From NCBI GenBank assembly GCA_013265495.1, contig MU058815.1, positions 628,523 to 692,522 on the forward strand: 64,000 bases of DNA, read 5' to 3'. The position numbers were made by a program, and so were the translations under genes. Every line of letters begins with the position of its first letter. The first letter of the stretch is position 1. The DNA is from Vicugna vicugna. Its lineage: Eukaryota. Below are positions 12,837 through 27,600 of the stretch, piece after piece. The notes under the pieces were generated by a model, which was given only the letters and a program-made list of their open reading frames with translations, had not been told where the DNA came from and made no database searches.

Positions 12837-15699
12837 TCCGGAACAATAAAGGTGAAACGATGCATCTTAAAAATCTCCATAAAACACTCCCCCAACAGAT
12901 TAACTACAAAGAAGATAGGTTGATGGCAGGCAACTCACAAGCAACCATGGAGGCCAGAATGCAGCAAAGACTATTAAAAACTGACAAATGTACCCACGAC
13001 AAACATTTTAGTGGAAAAAATTGGTTTTAGTGCCAATAAGCCATCAGTAACGTTACTTTCAAAGGAAGTATTAGAAGAAAAAAATGATTGCAAAAGAAAG
13101 AGCTGAGATACAAGAAATAATTCTGAAAAATTAAACCAGTATCAGTAAGGGAATCAAAATGAAAGCTGACTGTTTAGAAAAATGGGATGTTTAGGTTTAA
13201 AAAGACAGAACTCAAATTTTGAGTTTTTAAAAGTACATAAAAGGGAGTGGGATTATGTTCAGCATTCTACATTTATTTTAAACAGAGTGTAGAAATATTG
13301 TTAAACTTTGGACTCTTAAGCATGCATTTTTAAGTCTGAGTATTGAAATCCTCTGGTGATCAATGACAGAATAAAACTGGAGGATATGGCTTTCAACGCA
13401 ATCGAGGAAAAGCAGACTGAAGCATAGCAATTCATTCAAAAAGAATGTCGAAAAAAAAGAAAATCACATAGGAAAGTCATAAAAATGAAAGCCCCAAACG
13501 TTATGCTCCAGGAAGGCCAATGGATGCCTGTTGGTAATTCCTGGGCCATCTCAGGTGTCACGGGTCCTTACAGCAGAATCCTGGAAGCCAAGGCGTTGTG
13601 AAATGATTTCTTCTCGCGCCCTCACCACGGTAGCCAGGTGTCCTGGAAAGGGACACCGGGGGACCCCACGCTGCACGCTCGCAGCCCCAGCAGCCCCAGG
13701 AAACAGCCTGGGTCCAGCCCCAGCAACCGCTGAGGAAGTCTGTGTTCCGACTTGACCTCGGGCGGGTCGGATCCGGCGTCCCCGGTGCTGGTTGCCTCTG
13801 GGAGCTGCTCCTCCTTACCTCATGACTGGCTTTCACCTCGAATGTAAACGTGTCCTGTATTATTATTACTTTCGGTTGTTTATTTTTATTTTATTCTTTT
13901 TGTTTTCTCTTTGTCCCGATTTATCCCGACTTATCCCGACTTGCTACACCATTTCCCAGACTTTTAGCTTTGACCTCCTCCCACTCACAGTTTCCAGATC
14001 TTTTTATTCCGGGATAGCTGGGATTTGCTTTGCAGTCTCTCTGAGAAAATTTTAAGAGCTGGATTTATTCCGTTTTGACTTATTAACAGGTCAGGTATAT
14101 TTAGTTTTAATCCTAACATCTGTTTGATGGTTTCTGTTTAGAATCTTCCTTTCTTTCCTCTGTATTGTTTTTTATTTTTTGTCTTTATAAGTCACTCTAA
14201 CAATTTTAAGGTTTAGTGATATTTTTGGCTATTCTGGAGATTACCTTCTATAATGTTTAAGTGTATATATTTTAGGTATATGTGGTAGCTATGGACATAA
14301 AACTCGATTTCCTGATTTCTTGACTTCTGCCCTTTGCTTCAGAGCAAATGGCATTAATGACATGGCCTTGTATTGGAGAGTATGGAAACCAAGAGACTGT
14401 GAAAAGGAAATTATCTTTGAGGTAGGCAGACACCTCTAGCAGACCTGGTGACAGGTGGCTGTTTCCGCACGTATAATCTGTGCCATTGTAGTAAATTTTT
14501 ACGGGTACCATTTGAAGCACGCAATGTTTGACTCTCTTGATGATTTTAATTTCTAGAGCATATACTTGAAATTAGACAAATTGATCTTTTTTAAAAAAAA
14601 TTAGTAGAGGCTTTCAAAATGCTCACGTTTTAAAATGCTAACCTAGAGGAAAACAGCTCAGATGAAAAAATTACTCTAGTGAAAAATTATCCTCTGGTTC
14701 TAAGTCAGAAAACTGAAAAGGCCGATTTGACATTTGAAGCCACCAGAGTGTCATTTAATGCATTGGCAATTATGAACCAAATACCGTGAATATGAATGTA
14801 TCAGAGAACACAAATGCAGCAAGCCAGTGTACCAGGCAGCTATGGAGACCAGGTAGGGAGGGTATTTAAAATAATTGAATCATGTGTGGCTACTGGCCTT
14901 GAGAAGCTAAAATTAGTTTTAAATTCATATGTAAATATATAACCGGGTATAAATGTTAGCATACGTTGCTGGATGATGATTGAGATTTAGCCAAAGACAC
15001 ATTTTCAGAGGAAGGTCTTTATTATGAATGAACCATGGTGATCAAAAGGGTACAAAATACTTAGATAATGAAGAACCATTTAATAGACCCAAGAAATTGG
15101 GCCGAGATCAAATGTAGAGGGGGAAACTTGAATTTTGAAAGGGGATTATTTCCAGATTTTGTGAGAAAGCCCTCCTTTTTCTTATTTTCAGTTGTGTCAC
15201 AGATTCCCCAGCGTGCATAATGATCTATGCACATTAAGTGCGCAGATTTCTGTAACGCAGAAAAAATAAGTGTTTGTTGTTCCTTATAATTTAATTGAGA
15301 GGATAAATGTGCAAAATGATAATGTGCCTTCCTACTGCTATTTTAACTCTTGCAAAGACTCTTTTACACTTTAAATGCATTGGCTGTTGATGGCAGGGGT
15401 GCAAAATTGTAGCCGATGAAGAAGAGATGCTTTCACGAGCCTTTGGCTCAAAGGACGCATCAAACAGAGCCTGCACTTCCTCATGATTTTCCAGCTTAGC
15501 GCAAGGAACCTTCCACTTGGCTCTGAGCTTCTCTGCCCCCCAGTGTGGTTTCCACTCTGCGTACTTTGCCGTGAGCCCAAAGATAAACACAGCCTGACTC
15601 TTGTCCTCGGGGAATTTGTAGGAGAGCTAAAACATGCACAAGAATAACTGTGATATGAGGTGGGATGTTCTATGAGCCATGAAAAGGTATCATTACGAT

Positions 15700-16172
15700 G
15701 TCAGGTGGTCCCCCAAAGATGTTCACATCCTGAGACTTGCAGCCTACTCTGCCTCAACATGGCAACGGAATTTTGCAACCGTGGTTAAGAATTTTCAGAA
15801 GAGATTATCCTGAGTTATTTGGATGGGCTCAATGTAATCGTAAAAGCCCTTAAGTGAAAGAGAGTGGGAGGAGAGCCAGTTATCAGAGTGAGAGAGAGAG
15901 CTGAAGAAGCTACGCTGCTGACTTGATGCTGAAGATGAAGGAAGGGGCCAAAAGCCAAGGTAAACAGAGGCACTTTTAGGAGCGGTAATAAATAAGGACA
16001 CAGATTTTTCCTCCAGAGCTCCAGAAGGAACTCAGCCCCGCCAACATCTTGATTTTAGTCTAATAAGGCCCATTTTAGACTTCTGACTTCCGGAAGCGAG
16101 TAGAATAAATTTGTGTTATTTCAAGCCACCCTTGGTGATATTTTGTTGCAGCAGCAAATAGGAAATGAAGAC
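15700..16172 (+). mobile_element. MaLR MLT1 (MLT1D-like) solo LTR
   Basis: cccccaaagatgttcacatcct, gattatcctg, gaagatgaaggaaggggcca, ctccagaaggaac, aataaatttgtgtt, gcagcaaataggaaa. Confidence 0.8.
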
Positions 16173-16289
16173 ACCCAGGAAGTGCGGAGAAGCAGTCACA
16201 TCGGCAGCCGGAGCAGAAGAGGCAAGTTTACTGGTGGAAGAAGCATTCGATGTTGACTTGGGAGGGGATATAATGGTTTTATCTCCTTC

Positions 16290-16530
16290 CATCATATATC
16301 CAGGAGTGGACTTGTTGGATCACGATGGTTCTACTTTTAATTTTTTAAGAACCCTCCGAACTCTTTTCCATACACTCCTACCAGTGGTGCACAAGGGTTC
16401 CCCTTTCTCCACATCCTCGCCAGCCTTTATCATCTCTTGTCTTTTTGATGACAGCCATTCCAACAGGTGTAAGGTGATACCTTATTGTGGTCTTGCTTTG
16501 TATATCCCTAACGATCAGTGATGTTGAAGT
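16290..16530 (-). mobile_element. LINE-1 ORF2 3' fragment
   Basis: agggttccccttctccacatcctcgccagc-like text, tcttgtctttttgatgacagccatt. Confidence 0.75.
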
Positions 16531-18959
16531 CTTTAAAAAAAATTTAGCTTGGATATTGTGAAAAAGTCTAAAGAAAGTGATTGGAACATTCCTTCTCTTG
16601 GTGTCCAGTTCACCATGGCTATTCAGGATGGTGACACAAAGCTAAGGAGTTCCATTCTGGGTGACCTCATGTGATTAGTGTCCTGTGGTGGATGGCTCAG
16701 TATTTGCTTTATGCCTCACTCCTCACCCCTCCTCATACACACAGACTGGGAAACCGTCAAAGAGAACTGAGTATATAGTACAAAGGCTCCGCTCACAGCC
16801 TTTATAGTACACATGCTTAATAACAAGAGCAATAACAATGACACGTGTGCTTGAGATCCTTTTTCCTCCTTTCGAAATAAGGCTCAATGTGGCATTGAGA
16901 AAAAAGTGCCACTCCTCAATTTCCTTTTCTAGTGATTTCGTGGGTTAAGTTTCTCCAAGACCCTAGTTAGTAGAAGGGGGCTCAGGAGCCAAGCCTGTGA
17001 CAGCAAGACTCCCCCCGACCCACGCCCTGTAACGTACACGCAGGAGCAGACCCACGTCTGTTCTCGCTATCGCTAGTGCCTTGTAACCATCTGAGGACTA
17101 AGATCGCTTTTGTGAACCTAATTTCATATTCTCTCAGAGAGACTCTTGCCCCAGGAATATGAGACTCCTAACCGGTTTCCTGTTTCCTTCTGGAAAATTC
17201 AGCAAAGCAATTTATCTGGACAAGTAACTCTCATTTTAGGGCAGTAGCTTGTTCACCCCACAAGCTGTTTGCTGGTTAGAAGGATTTCTTAGGAAGATTC
17301 ACTTCCCTTCACTTTTCCCCACTGATCCTGAATCCAGGTCAGTGCCCTGTGCTGACGAAGCTCCTGTAAGCCACTCAAGGGTTGATGCTACATGCGCTCG
17401 GTTCCCTCTGGGATGGATTCCACTGGGGCTGTCGAGGCAATGCTTCCTCCTTGCAGCTGACAGCTTTGACCTGCAGACTTTCTGGTCTATGCTGGGGCAA
17501 CAGATGGCAAACATCACTGCATTAAACAATGTTTCAGTTTGTTACGGAAGTGGTTCTCAGAAAGGTACTTTCTGTAAGTCTCTATAAATAGCAAACCTAC
17601 TCAAACTATGTCCAGCCCATTCCAAAGCAGGGGCTCTGGGAGGACCGCTGGAGGGTGGGACAAGTTAGCTGTTCAGTCCTCTACCAAATCAGAATAATGA
17701 AATCATGTCAGTGCATCTAAAGATAAATAAAAAAGGAGAGAGAAGAGGTAGATGGGCAGAAAAGAAGAAAGGGGAATTTGAGACCGAGTGGTGGTATGTT
17801 TTTCCATATTAAGAAGCTGCAGAAGTATGTTCTGTCTTCTTCTTTCTCCTTCTTTTCCTTCTAAGTTTGATCTCCATCCCTAGAGGAGTGAGAAATAGTG
17901 GGCACTAAACTTACTGAAGAGATGGCATGGGAATATTTGAATGGTGAGGCTGAGTAGAGCTGGAAGGATAGAAGTTTGAAATGCTGATCGTATGTGAAAA
18001 AAACAGCAGCCCGTCTCAGAAATAAAAGGAAATTTCGTGGGCAGGTAGCAGCCCCAGGCTTCAAATGCACCTGCTGGTGGACGATGCACCTGCCGGTGGG
18101 CAGTTTTCCCTTGTTGGCCTTCCACATTCTTATCCTGCCCTCTCTCCCACATTTGTCCCCTGTCCCCATACTGCACACCTGCCTCTGCTAACGGCCCAAG
18201 ACCTCTCCGTGTCCATCTCTACACATTCAATCTAACCTTTCTTCTTCCTTCGTCCTGTTTTTACTGAGTACTTCTCTTTTCTGTAACACTACCACAGCCA
18301 CTTTAGAAAGTGAATGCTTCCTTAATATTACAATAATTCTGCTAAAATAAATCCTATTAATACATGGAGAAAAATTGTTTTTCTCCTTTTGATAATGAAA
18401 AATGAGAGTCTATTAATAGTGATTATTTCCATGACTCCAATTTATTACTTTTCTTGAAAAATCACAAAAAAATTCATCATATGAAATAGCTATTCTTTTT
18501 CTTAGCAAAGATCCATTTTTCTTACTAATTAGTGTCTTAATTCTCTCGAGGCTGCCGTGAACTTATTTGAGTATCTTTTATGAAATCTTGCCGGTGCACA
18601 TTTTAAGATAGAAAAACACATGGATAGGCAAGAAACAGGAAAACAAAGCTCATTTTAAAGTCAAAATAGACAGTAGCAGGGAAGTCTGCGGGAGGGCTGG
18701 TCCCTTGTTTATCTGTTCCTCACAGCACTTTGAACCTCTTGACCGCTTTTTCTTCAGAGTCCCTTTAAGTGCTGCATAGTATTTGTACCTCATTGTGTAA
18801 ACCAGCTTCAGACTCATATTTTGCTAGAGGAGTTTGCTGCAAAATTTTGAGCATCATCCTAAATGTGTTTGAATTTATTTGTCATTTAAAAATTATAAAT
18901 ACATATAACAGTTTTATTCATAACTTGTTAAAAATTGGGGGGAAAAACCCAAAGTCTCT

Positions 18960-19320
18960 CCGTGGGTAAATGTACAAACAAACCAGGGTACATCCAGACA
19001 ATATAATGCTACTTGGCCATAAAAAAGAACAGTTTGGTCCCCCTGAGCAACATGGTGAAATCTTAAAAGCATTTGCTAAGCAAAAGAAGCCAAACCCTCA
19101 AAATTACATAACACAGAATTTCATTTATACGACATTCTGAGAAACTGTTGGGTTGGACAACTTAGTGGTTGGAAGGGAGGGGAGTGGGAAGAGGAGCTTA
19201 CTATGAAGGGGGACAGGAGGAAATTTTGGGGGGTGATGGAATTGTTCCCTAGGATAATTTTGCTGTTGGATATGTGACTGAATGTATTTGTCAAAATGCC
19301 GAGAGCTCATCACCACACGG
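18960..19320 (+). mobile_element. Old L1M 3' end fragment
   Basis: catccagacaat, gccataaaaaagaa, aaaagaagccaaac, tttgtcaaaa motifs. Confidence 0.6.
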
Positions 19321-21157
19321 TTTCTGCTTCTTTTCTGCATTCTTTGCTTTCTGTCTTTGCTCTCAGGCTGGATTCTTGGGGAGCAACATTCGTCAGTGAG
19401 GTAGCATGATTCTTTGGGTGGAAGTTTCTCTTAAAACTTCCCTGGCCTTAAACATTCCATTTCTTGCAATAATATAAAATTGATTTCTTTGAAAAAGGGA
19501 TTCAAGCACACTGTTATGTCTCACTTGAGAAACATAATTTTTCTGGGGTAGATACTTAGAAATACAATTGCTCGAGAGTAAGATAAGCGTATTTTTAGTT
19601 TTAATAGGCATGGTTCAGCTGACTTCCAAAGGGGCTGGGTGTGAGAGTTTCTGTTTCTCTAAGGTTAAACCAAATCTTGATGGTTAGAAGTCTTGCTCAC
19701 ATTCTGAATAAAAAAAATCATATCACATGGTTTGAGTTTGAATTTTCCTGATGATTGGTAAGATAGAATATATTTGTCATATATTAATAGTGTATGCTTT
19801 CACTTATATGTGGAATCTAAAAAACATAACATAACAAATAGGGTTACAGAAACTTTCACTGACATAGAGTGAAATAAGGGAGGCTCGGATTCAACGTTTG
19901 TGTGATATTCCCCCAATTCAATTACATATGTGATAATATTTCCACTTCAGAAAAAATTTTTATCTTTATCAGTTAATAAAAACGCCTCTAGGATTTCCTC
20001 ATTTGAAATATTGATGCAACTTCCTCTGACTTTGTAAGGAAATGAAATCACTGTTCTTTGAAGTACTATCCAACACCAGCACTAATTATGTCCTTGGGGG
20101 CTGGGGAGGGGGCTTCAGTCGAGACGTCCATTTTGCAGAATTGTACATTATGTGCAGACAAGCAAAGTGAGTTAGGCTGTTGAATATGTCCTTACTCTTG
20201 CTGTTTTGTACTGATGCAGTCAGATGATTCTGGACAGTTCCGTTCTCTATTTTCAGCAACCCAAAAGAAAAAATAAACCTCTCTCACTCTCATTGTTTAA
20301 AGGCGTTTCCAAAGAGTGAGTGTCACATCGGTCACTCTGATCAAACTCTGATGTGTTACCCTCTATACCTCATGGTCTATTTTGTATCAGATTCATTTCA
20401 AGAAAGTTAAAAGAGATTCTGTTTGGGTGTTTGGAGTAAAGTGCGAAATAAAGAGGGCAGGGCAGGTACACAGTGGTGCTCAATCAATGGACTGCTCCTA
20501 CAGCCAGGACTATTGCTCCCCCCCGCCCCCCCAGGGCTCCTGCAACCCATCGCGCCGCCTGTAGGCTCCCCTAGTGATCCCAGGTGACTCCCGTCCACGC
20601 TTCTCAAGCCTGGAGTTTTCATGGATGCGTCCTGTTTCATCCCTTCAGGGTCCATCGGCTGTCAAATCCTTCTGGAGACCCTCGAGGGGCACTGCGGGGA
20701 GAGCGTGAGGAACGTGACAAAGGACACTCACAGCCAGCTCCGGGCCCCGCTGGCGGCGCTGTCTGCCCAGTGGCTCCCAGGTGCCTGTCCCGGTGCAGTG
20801 CGGCTGCAGGTCGCCAGGGAAACGGGAGCCAGAGGAAGGAAGACGTGACAGGTTTCTCACAGAACGAAGTTCGTTCAATTAAAAAGCCCCATCCTTAATT
20901 CTGTGAGCATACCTCACTTCTGTGAAAAGTCATTATTCTGAATGGTCTCCTGTCTTTATTTGGCCCAAAACAAAACCCGAAAAAGCGTCACAAAGCATCA
21001 GCAGCAGGGAAGGCTGCGGGAGGGCTGCTCTCCTGTCTGTCTGCACCCCAGCGCGCTTTAACCCCCTCCCCTCCTTTTCTTGACAAAAAAGCAGTGTGGC
21101 CAGAAACAGAGCCCCCCACACATGAACATGAGCTCGTTTGAGGACTGAGCTGCCTCC

Positions 21158-21661
21158 TGTCGAGGGGAGAAAGCCCGTGTTGGGACCCCGGAGCGATGAA
21201 GAAACAGTTATTCACGACACCTGTAAGGCTGCCTTTATTCAAGGGAAGGGGGCGGCTACAACAGTGGGGCTTTGCAGTGGGGGAGAGAGATGGGGCTCAA
21301 CTCCAAATGCAATAAGGAGAAGTGGGAACCGATAGCCAAGGGGCAAGGGGGGAGCCTGGGGACGGAAAACCGCTAAGAGGTAACATTAGGGGTAAAGAGG
21401 ATTCTACCTAAACCGACCTAACAGGCATCGTACTGAAGGCCGGCCAGGGAGATCAGACCCCGCCTGGGAGGATGAAGAACCGATCGGATATCGAGGCTGA
21501 TCAGCTACCAAGGAAGGGGGATTCTGGCGAAACTGACCCAGCCGGACTCTTGCTAAGACCGGACTCTGCAAGGAAGGACACGGGAGCCCAAGTCTGAGCC
21601 AAGTGGAAAAGACTGTTCAGGAAAGCCTGACCGAAGTTTGCACAGAGAGAGAATCTTTGCC
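21158..21661 (-). mobile_element. ERV1 (MER4-group-like) solo LTR
   Basis: ~500 bp, minus-strand AATAAA at 21239-21234, internal repeated ggattct/ggactct...ctaa motifs. Confidence 0.55.
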
Positions 21662-21924
21662 GGTGGGCCTGCTGTCCACTCATTGACTTCAGCTGGAGCA
21701 GATCCTAGGACACGTAGGGAGGAGCCGGGGCTGGGCTGGGTCCCTGAGCGTGGCGCTGGCTGGGCCTCCGGGGCCCTGGCGCAAGGGCCACCAGGACAGC
21801 ACGCTTGCTGGGATGCGTCTGTGGTTTCAGGCAGGGGTCGACTCTGCGGAATGACCTGGGCTCTGCTGGACTCCAGACGCCCCTAAGGCCCCCATCCGTG
21901 TCCCATCAGTTGTGGTTCCCCCTC

Positions 21925-22072
21925 TTTTTCATGTTCTTTTTCATTGTAGGTTATTACAAGATGCTGAATGCAGTTCTCTGTGCTACAGATGATGACATTA
22001 TTGTGTATCTATTTTGTATGTGGTAGTTTGTACCTGCTAACCCCAAACTCCTAATCTATCCCTCCCCCTGCC
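21925..22072 (-). mobile_element. Short L1 3' end fragment
   Basis: taggttattacaagat...gtgctaca...ctgctaaccccaaactcctaatctatccctcccc, reverse complement of the L1 text at 2520-2640. Confidence 0.8.
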
Positions 22073-25000
22073 GTGTAGCTAAACTCGATCGTATTTATTA
22101 TCTGAAGGAAAGCGCAGCCAAGCGCCACAGCAGTGGTAACAGCCACCACTGTCGCTCTGCTCAGGGAGATCTGTCACCTCTCGGGGCTAGAGCATCTCAG
22201 TGGGAAGCCCTGTGGGGTGGACCAGCCTCAGTTCCGGGGATGCGCTGTCCTGCTGGTTTGTCTGCGGTACCCGGAGCCGTGTTCTCTGCACAGAAACTGT
22301 GTCCGCTTATCAGGGGTGCAGGAGACTGCCAGACACGTGTCAGAGGGCCTGCCCTTCAGTGATCTGGCTTTTCACTCTCAGCTTGTTTCTGTTCCCGACC
22401 TTTCAGACCCTTTCACTGACCCGTGAGAAGCATCTTGTAAAGGTCAGGGGACCCCCAGCATCTGACTGCTTCAACCTGGTCTGTGCTGAAGGCTGACTCC
22501 CCCCCGAGAACTCCTCTCCTTGGTGATGTGAAAGTAGAGACCTTAACATAACAGTAAACACACAGAATACCCACTAGATACTGGCATGCTCGCAGTTCAT
22601 TCTTAATGTATATTTTGGTTTTTGAAACCAGAAAGGAGGAGGAAAAGTGGTAAATATCTTCCTAGGTTTAAGTGCCAATATTACATAAATAGATAATAGC
22701 TAAGCCTGAGTTCATTAATTTCCAAATTACATAGAAATGTATAAGCTTACATCTTAGTTCTTCTTCCTGGGGATGAGAAATGCTCTTTCCAATGAACTGA
22801 TAAATTTGGGACCAAAGTTGGTTGAAAGTTTTTTTAAAAATCTTATAAATTCAGATGCCATTACGGCAGCTCAAAGGCCTAACCCCAGTCCTAGGAGTTG
22901 AGGGTTTCCTGATGAGAAAATAAAGCTCCCCCACCACAGCAGCGCCTGGAAAAGAGGGGCTGATAGAACGTGCACCTCATGTGGCTGCGCCCCAGCAGCC
23001 TCCTTGGACCGTGGGGACGGCCCAGGGAGGAGGAGATGGGCTAGGGTTTTTAGAGAGGGTTTTCAGGGTTGTGTGAGCGCACCCCCAACAGGGAGCACCC
23101 AGTAGCCAACGCTGAGAACCCGCCTGTGTCCCCCTGGCGTTTGGGGAAGCGGGGCATGACTGTAGGACCATCCTGGATGAACTGCCAGGAGTATGTGCTG
23201 TCCCAGCCTCAGGGTTGAAGGGGTCCCATGCTGTCCTGGAGTGGCCCAGCTTGAGACACCTGCCACGAGGACTGCCCAGCGATGGGGAGCCCTGGGGACC
23301 AACCAGAGAGGGTGCTCCCCCTCCCCCAGTGAGGCGCTGCGAGGGTGAGGCCCCTGGAAATGGCGTAAAATGCCCACAAGAGAAGGCCCCCTGGGAACCG
23401 CCGCCAGGTCCGTGCGGCACCACAGTGGTTTGCAGCAGTGCGGGGCAGGTGACACGAGCCTTTCTTGCCCTTCTGTTCTTCCTTCCTTCGCACTTTCTGC
23501 TTGCTGGGCTAAGAGAGGCCAGAATTCAAGGCCAGTCACCTGGGAGGCAGGAGAGCCCCGTGGACCAGGGCGGGGAAGAAGAGGAGGCAGCAACATGTGC
23601 AGGGGATGTTCACGTGCTCCCGCTCCGCCCGGCAGTGTTCCGATCAACGGCCAAGGAGGGCTGTTTAACGGCCGCACAGAAGCTCTGCGTGGAAACAACG
23701 CGGCGGGTGGGGGACAGCTCGGCGGCAGGGCGCTTGCTTAGCTGGCCAGGGAAACACTACTCAGCCAGATGAAATAATAAAATAATGCCATTTGCAGCAA
23801 CAGCAAAGGACCTGTTTCTGTTATGTTCTCTGTTGGCTTGATTTTTGGTATCCATTTCTGTTGGGTATATATTAATGGTAAAACATTTCTAAGATTTACC
23901 ATCTGTGAATTTTGGCAAAAATACAATATGAGTGGCCATAACGTCTGGAAATATCGACAATTTTTTTGTTTTAATAAATTGAACCCCCTTGATTGCTTCA
24001 TTTAGGGTAAAGGTGCAAGTTTGTGTTGCAGAAATCGGACATTTTAATTCAACTTTAATTCAAAGGACTGGATAGTAATCCCTCAGTTGAATACTGGTCT
24101 AATTCTGTTAAAATAAGCAACTTGAAAAGGATATACTATTCTTCGTAAAGCATTTCTTGTATGAAATTTTTCCTCATTGGCCCCATTTTTTGGATGATCA
24201 TGAAACTTACCCGCATAAGTTGTACTACAAAAACAAAACAAAATGAAACAAAACCCAATGGGATACTACAGGACATCCAGGACCATTTTCCATCATTTTG
24301 TGATTCAATGATATTGTGAGGGAGTAAAGCAGAAAATTAGCTATAAATCTGTAAATTATGAAGAACAGAAAAAGGGAATTTTTTTTGGTTGAAATTGACA
24401 GGGACTGTAACCCTGTCATTCTGATGGGTAATCTGAGAGGCTCAACCAATGACACAAGCTTGACAATTATCGTTAGAGCTGATTTTAACAGGACAAGGAA
24501 AACTAGTTGCTTATGAGCAACAAGAAATGTGTATGTAGCAACACTGAAAGGGCTCGGTATATAACGTGGGAAGTCTGATGATTGATGTACACTTGGTGGA
24601 CAGTAACTTACACTCGATTACTAACGTACACTTTTTTCAGTTCCAATGTTAAGACGTGCCTTCTGGTAGTTTTATTAGACCACATGCACGTCTCAAGCAT
24701 AGATTAAGTGACACGTTTTGTAAGATTCTAGGTGAATCTAGAAAGGAGAGAGGAGAGAAGAGAGAGGAAAGATGAAGCAAAGGGTCCTTTTTTAGCCTTC
24801 TAATGAACATGAAATGAAACCCCGTTGCTTGTGTCTTGGACAAGCATTGGACTCCATTTTAAAAGAGTTATTAAAAGCCTGAATCCTCCTAGTCTATCAG
24901 TTTAAGCCATGTTAGCTGAACGTGAGGACTCTGTCACACTTTGGAAACAAGTACCCTGCTATTGGAGGGCAATACCACATTTTTAGAAAAAGAATTAAGT

Positions 25001-25717
25001 ATAATTTTGCCAGAGGACAAAAAAAAAAAAAGGAATACTGTCAGATATAGGACTCGTTTGCAAAAAAGATCTTCACATAATTGTTAGCCTGTTTCATTGA
25101 AGAGTACAACAAAACCCACAAGCCTGACACAAGGTGTTACGTGCAAAGTACTGTCCTGGTGGCGCGGCCCCCGGGTGGTAGGTGAGACGCCACAGGCCTC
25201 TCTGCTGCTTTCTTTTACTCCTGGAGCCCACTGGCTGCAGGCTTTTGCTTCCACAGTAAACAAATCCACCCTTTGCAGTTGGATCTTGTCCCCAGTGAAA
25301 TTTTTAAAAAATCTGACACTGACACCACTGGACTGGAAGATGACTGAAACTGGACAAATAAAGTTTTTTCTCTCATTGAAGGTTGAAAATCTGTGATTCT
25401 CTGAGCTGGGGGTCAGAGGTCAAGCTAACAAAAACCTGTGGAGGAAAGACCTTTGCAGGTCTACACGCGGCGTGTGTAATTCCTGTGTTGAGGGGCAGTG
25501 ACGTTACAAAAGGCCCAAAGTTCAGGAGCATTTCCCCAAGCAGAGACCGCCGTCGGGGGCGATGCTGACAGTGTCTGGGGGTCTGGGAGTCCTCCCCGGC
25601 AGCCACTGGTCCTTCCCCTGTGCTGCCCATTTGTTACGTGGCATCAGATCCACCAGGAGGGAGCTGACAGTGGGTGGCGACTCCGATCCTAAAGCCTGCC
25701 TGTGAGGCCTGTGCGCA

Positions 25718-25828
25718 GGGTCTCTGGGAGGGGTCTCTGTGGGGTGCTCTGTAGGAGCTCTCTGGCTGGGGTGTCTCTGTGTGGGTCTCTGTCGGGGGTC
25801 TCTGTCAGGGGTCTCTGTGTGGGGACTC
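25718..25828. repeat. Degenerate minisatellite, core GGGTCTCTGT (~12-15 bp period, ~8 units)
   Basis: Repeated gggtctctg units directly visible. Confidence 0.8.
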
Positions 25829-27594
25829 CTAGTGCGGGGCCTCCACTGCTGGCCTTACCGCACCTTATGCAGGACAAGGGCAGAGGGACTTGCCCCTTCC
25901 TGTTTCTTGCTGTTCTAACAGTGTCCCCTCCATGTGGCTTCTCCCTGCAGGAGCCTTGGGGTCCCCCCACCCCAGCACTCACCGGTCACTGGCCCTGAGA
26001 GGACGCAGCGGCAGCCAGGCTCAGGGTCCTCACTCTGTGCCCTCCTCCCCTGAGCTCCCGAGGGCGGTCTGTTGGCCCGAGTCCCAGCCCCTCCCACAGG
26101 TCCTGAGCCCACCCTGCAGGATGGGGCCCAAGGCAGGACCTGGCTCCAGGGAGAAACCGCAGGCCTGTGCCTGCTCGCGCCTCCGCCCCGGGTCCCGGTC
26201 CCATGAGTTGGGGTCTTGACGGGCGTGGGGGCAGGGCCATCCCTGCTGTCACCTGGATGAGGGGCCCCTCCTGGAGCAGGACTGGCCCTTGTGGGAGTGA
26301 CTATGACACGAAGCACCGATCGCTCTGGAGCATTGCTCCCCTTCTCCCAGCTTCTGTGTGGCCGGGCCGGGGAGGAAAGCCGGACGGCACCCCAGTCCCC
26401 ACAGGTCACTTCCGCCCGCTGTGTGACAGGTCCTGTCTGCTGGCCTCTTCCCGCTCCGGGCTCTGGGTCAGCAAGGCTGAGAGCCAGGTGAGACTTGCTA
26501 GGACCCCGGGACAGTCTCTGGGCCATTTAAGTCCCGTCTGTCCCCTGGGAGCCTCCTTGGACCCCATGTGTAGGTGAAGGCCGCAGACCGCCAGTCTGTC
26601 CCGAGCTCCCCGTCCTGTGAAAGCTTAGTACACACTCTGTGGAGAAGTGAGCCTTCTTGCTGGAGGCTTTGCTGCCTCTGTGAGCCTGGCCCTCCGAGCA
26701 GGAGCTGCAGGTGGCTGCCCTCTGGGTTTGGGGAGCTGGAGGAGGGTGGACCCTCCGGGGAGAGCCCCCGGGCCCCGTCTTCTCCGCTCTGGGCCTGTAG
26801 ACGGTGGTGGGATGCGGGCGCCCTGTGCCACCTGCCTCCTCCCCATGAACCGCCCCCGCCACAGGGTGCCCAGTGTCCCACCGTCAGACGGTGAGGTGAC
26901 TGCACAGAGTCACAGGCCGGGGGGGAGGTGGGCGCTGTGGGCCGGGCTGCCCCCTCCTCTGGGGCAGGCTGGACAGGCCCTCGGAGGTCTTGGGGCTCCC
27001 GCCGCACATGCCCAGAGCTGGGGCAGCCGCGTTCCAGATCCCGAGAAAGGCAGAGGGGGGGCCGCTCCGGGCCCATCTCAACCCAGCTTCATGGGGAGGG
27101 GAGGGCTCAGGGCAGGTGTCACCTCTTCCCACCAAGACGTGGCGGGGGTGGGGGGCAAGGTTTCTCCCAGCTCTGGACGCGGGGCCAGCGCTGCCCCCAA
27201 TCCGCTTCCTTAATCTGCCATGTGAACTTGTCTCTGACACTTGCTGGAGACTGAGGGGAATTTCAGCCTCTGCAAAACCCTCCCCTCCAGCCGCACAAGT
27301 TCAAGGTAGAGAGCACGTGGGGGGGAGTAAGGCTGAGCCAGATCGTGGGAAAGGGGAGATCTTCTGGCTTTGTTCTCCGAGACAGGCCCTGGATGCTTTC
27401 ATTTGTTTCTGTAATGCTGGTAGTTGCGGGACTTAAAGGAGCAACTGGGGTGAGGGTGAGAATTCCACGCTGGGGTCAACCTCCCTCCATGGCCCCGTCG
27501 TCCCTTCTGGAAGCCAAAGCAAGCACTTGGCTCCCCTTCCCTTCTCCCCAGCAGGACACTAGACAGACGCCACACCGGTCATGGGAAAAAAACA

Positions 27595-27600
27595 TGTATT
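27595..27600 (-). terminator. Candidate variant polyadenylation signal AATACA
   Basis: About 37 nt after the stop codon, followed by a T-run on the minus strand; no minus-strand AATAAA seen nearby. Confidence 0.35.

Noticed and set aside
22977..27436. Many 100-210 aa ORFs on both strands
   Set aside because: GC-rich low-information translations, mostly non-ATG starts, no homology recognised.
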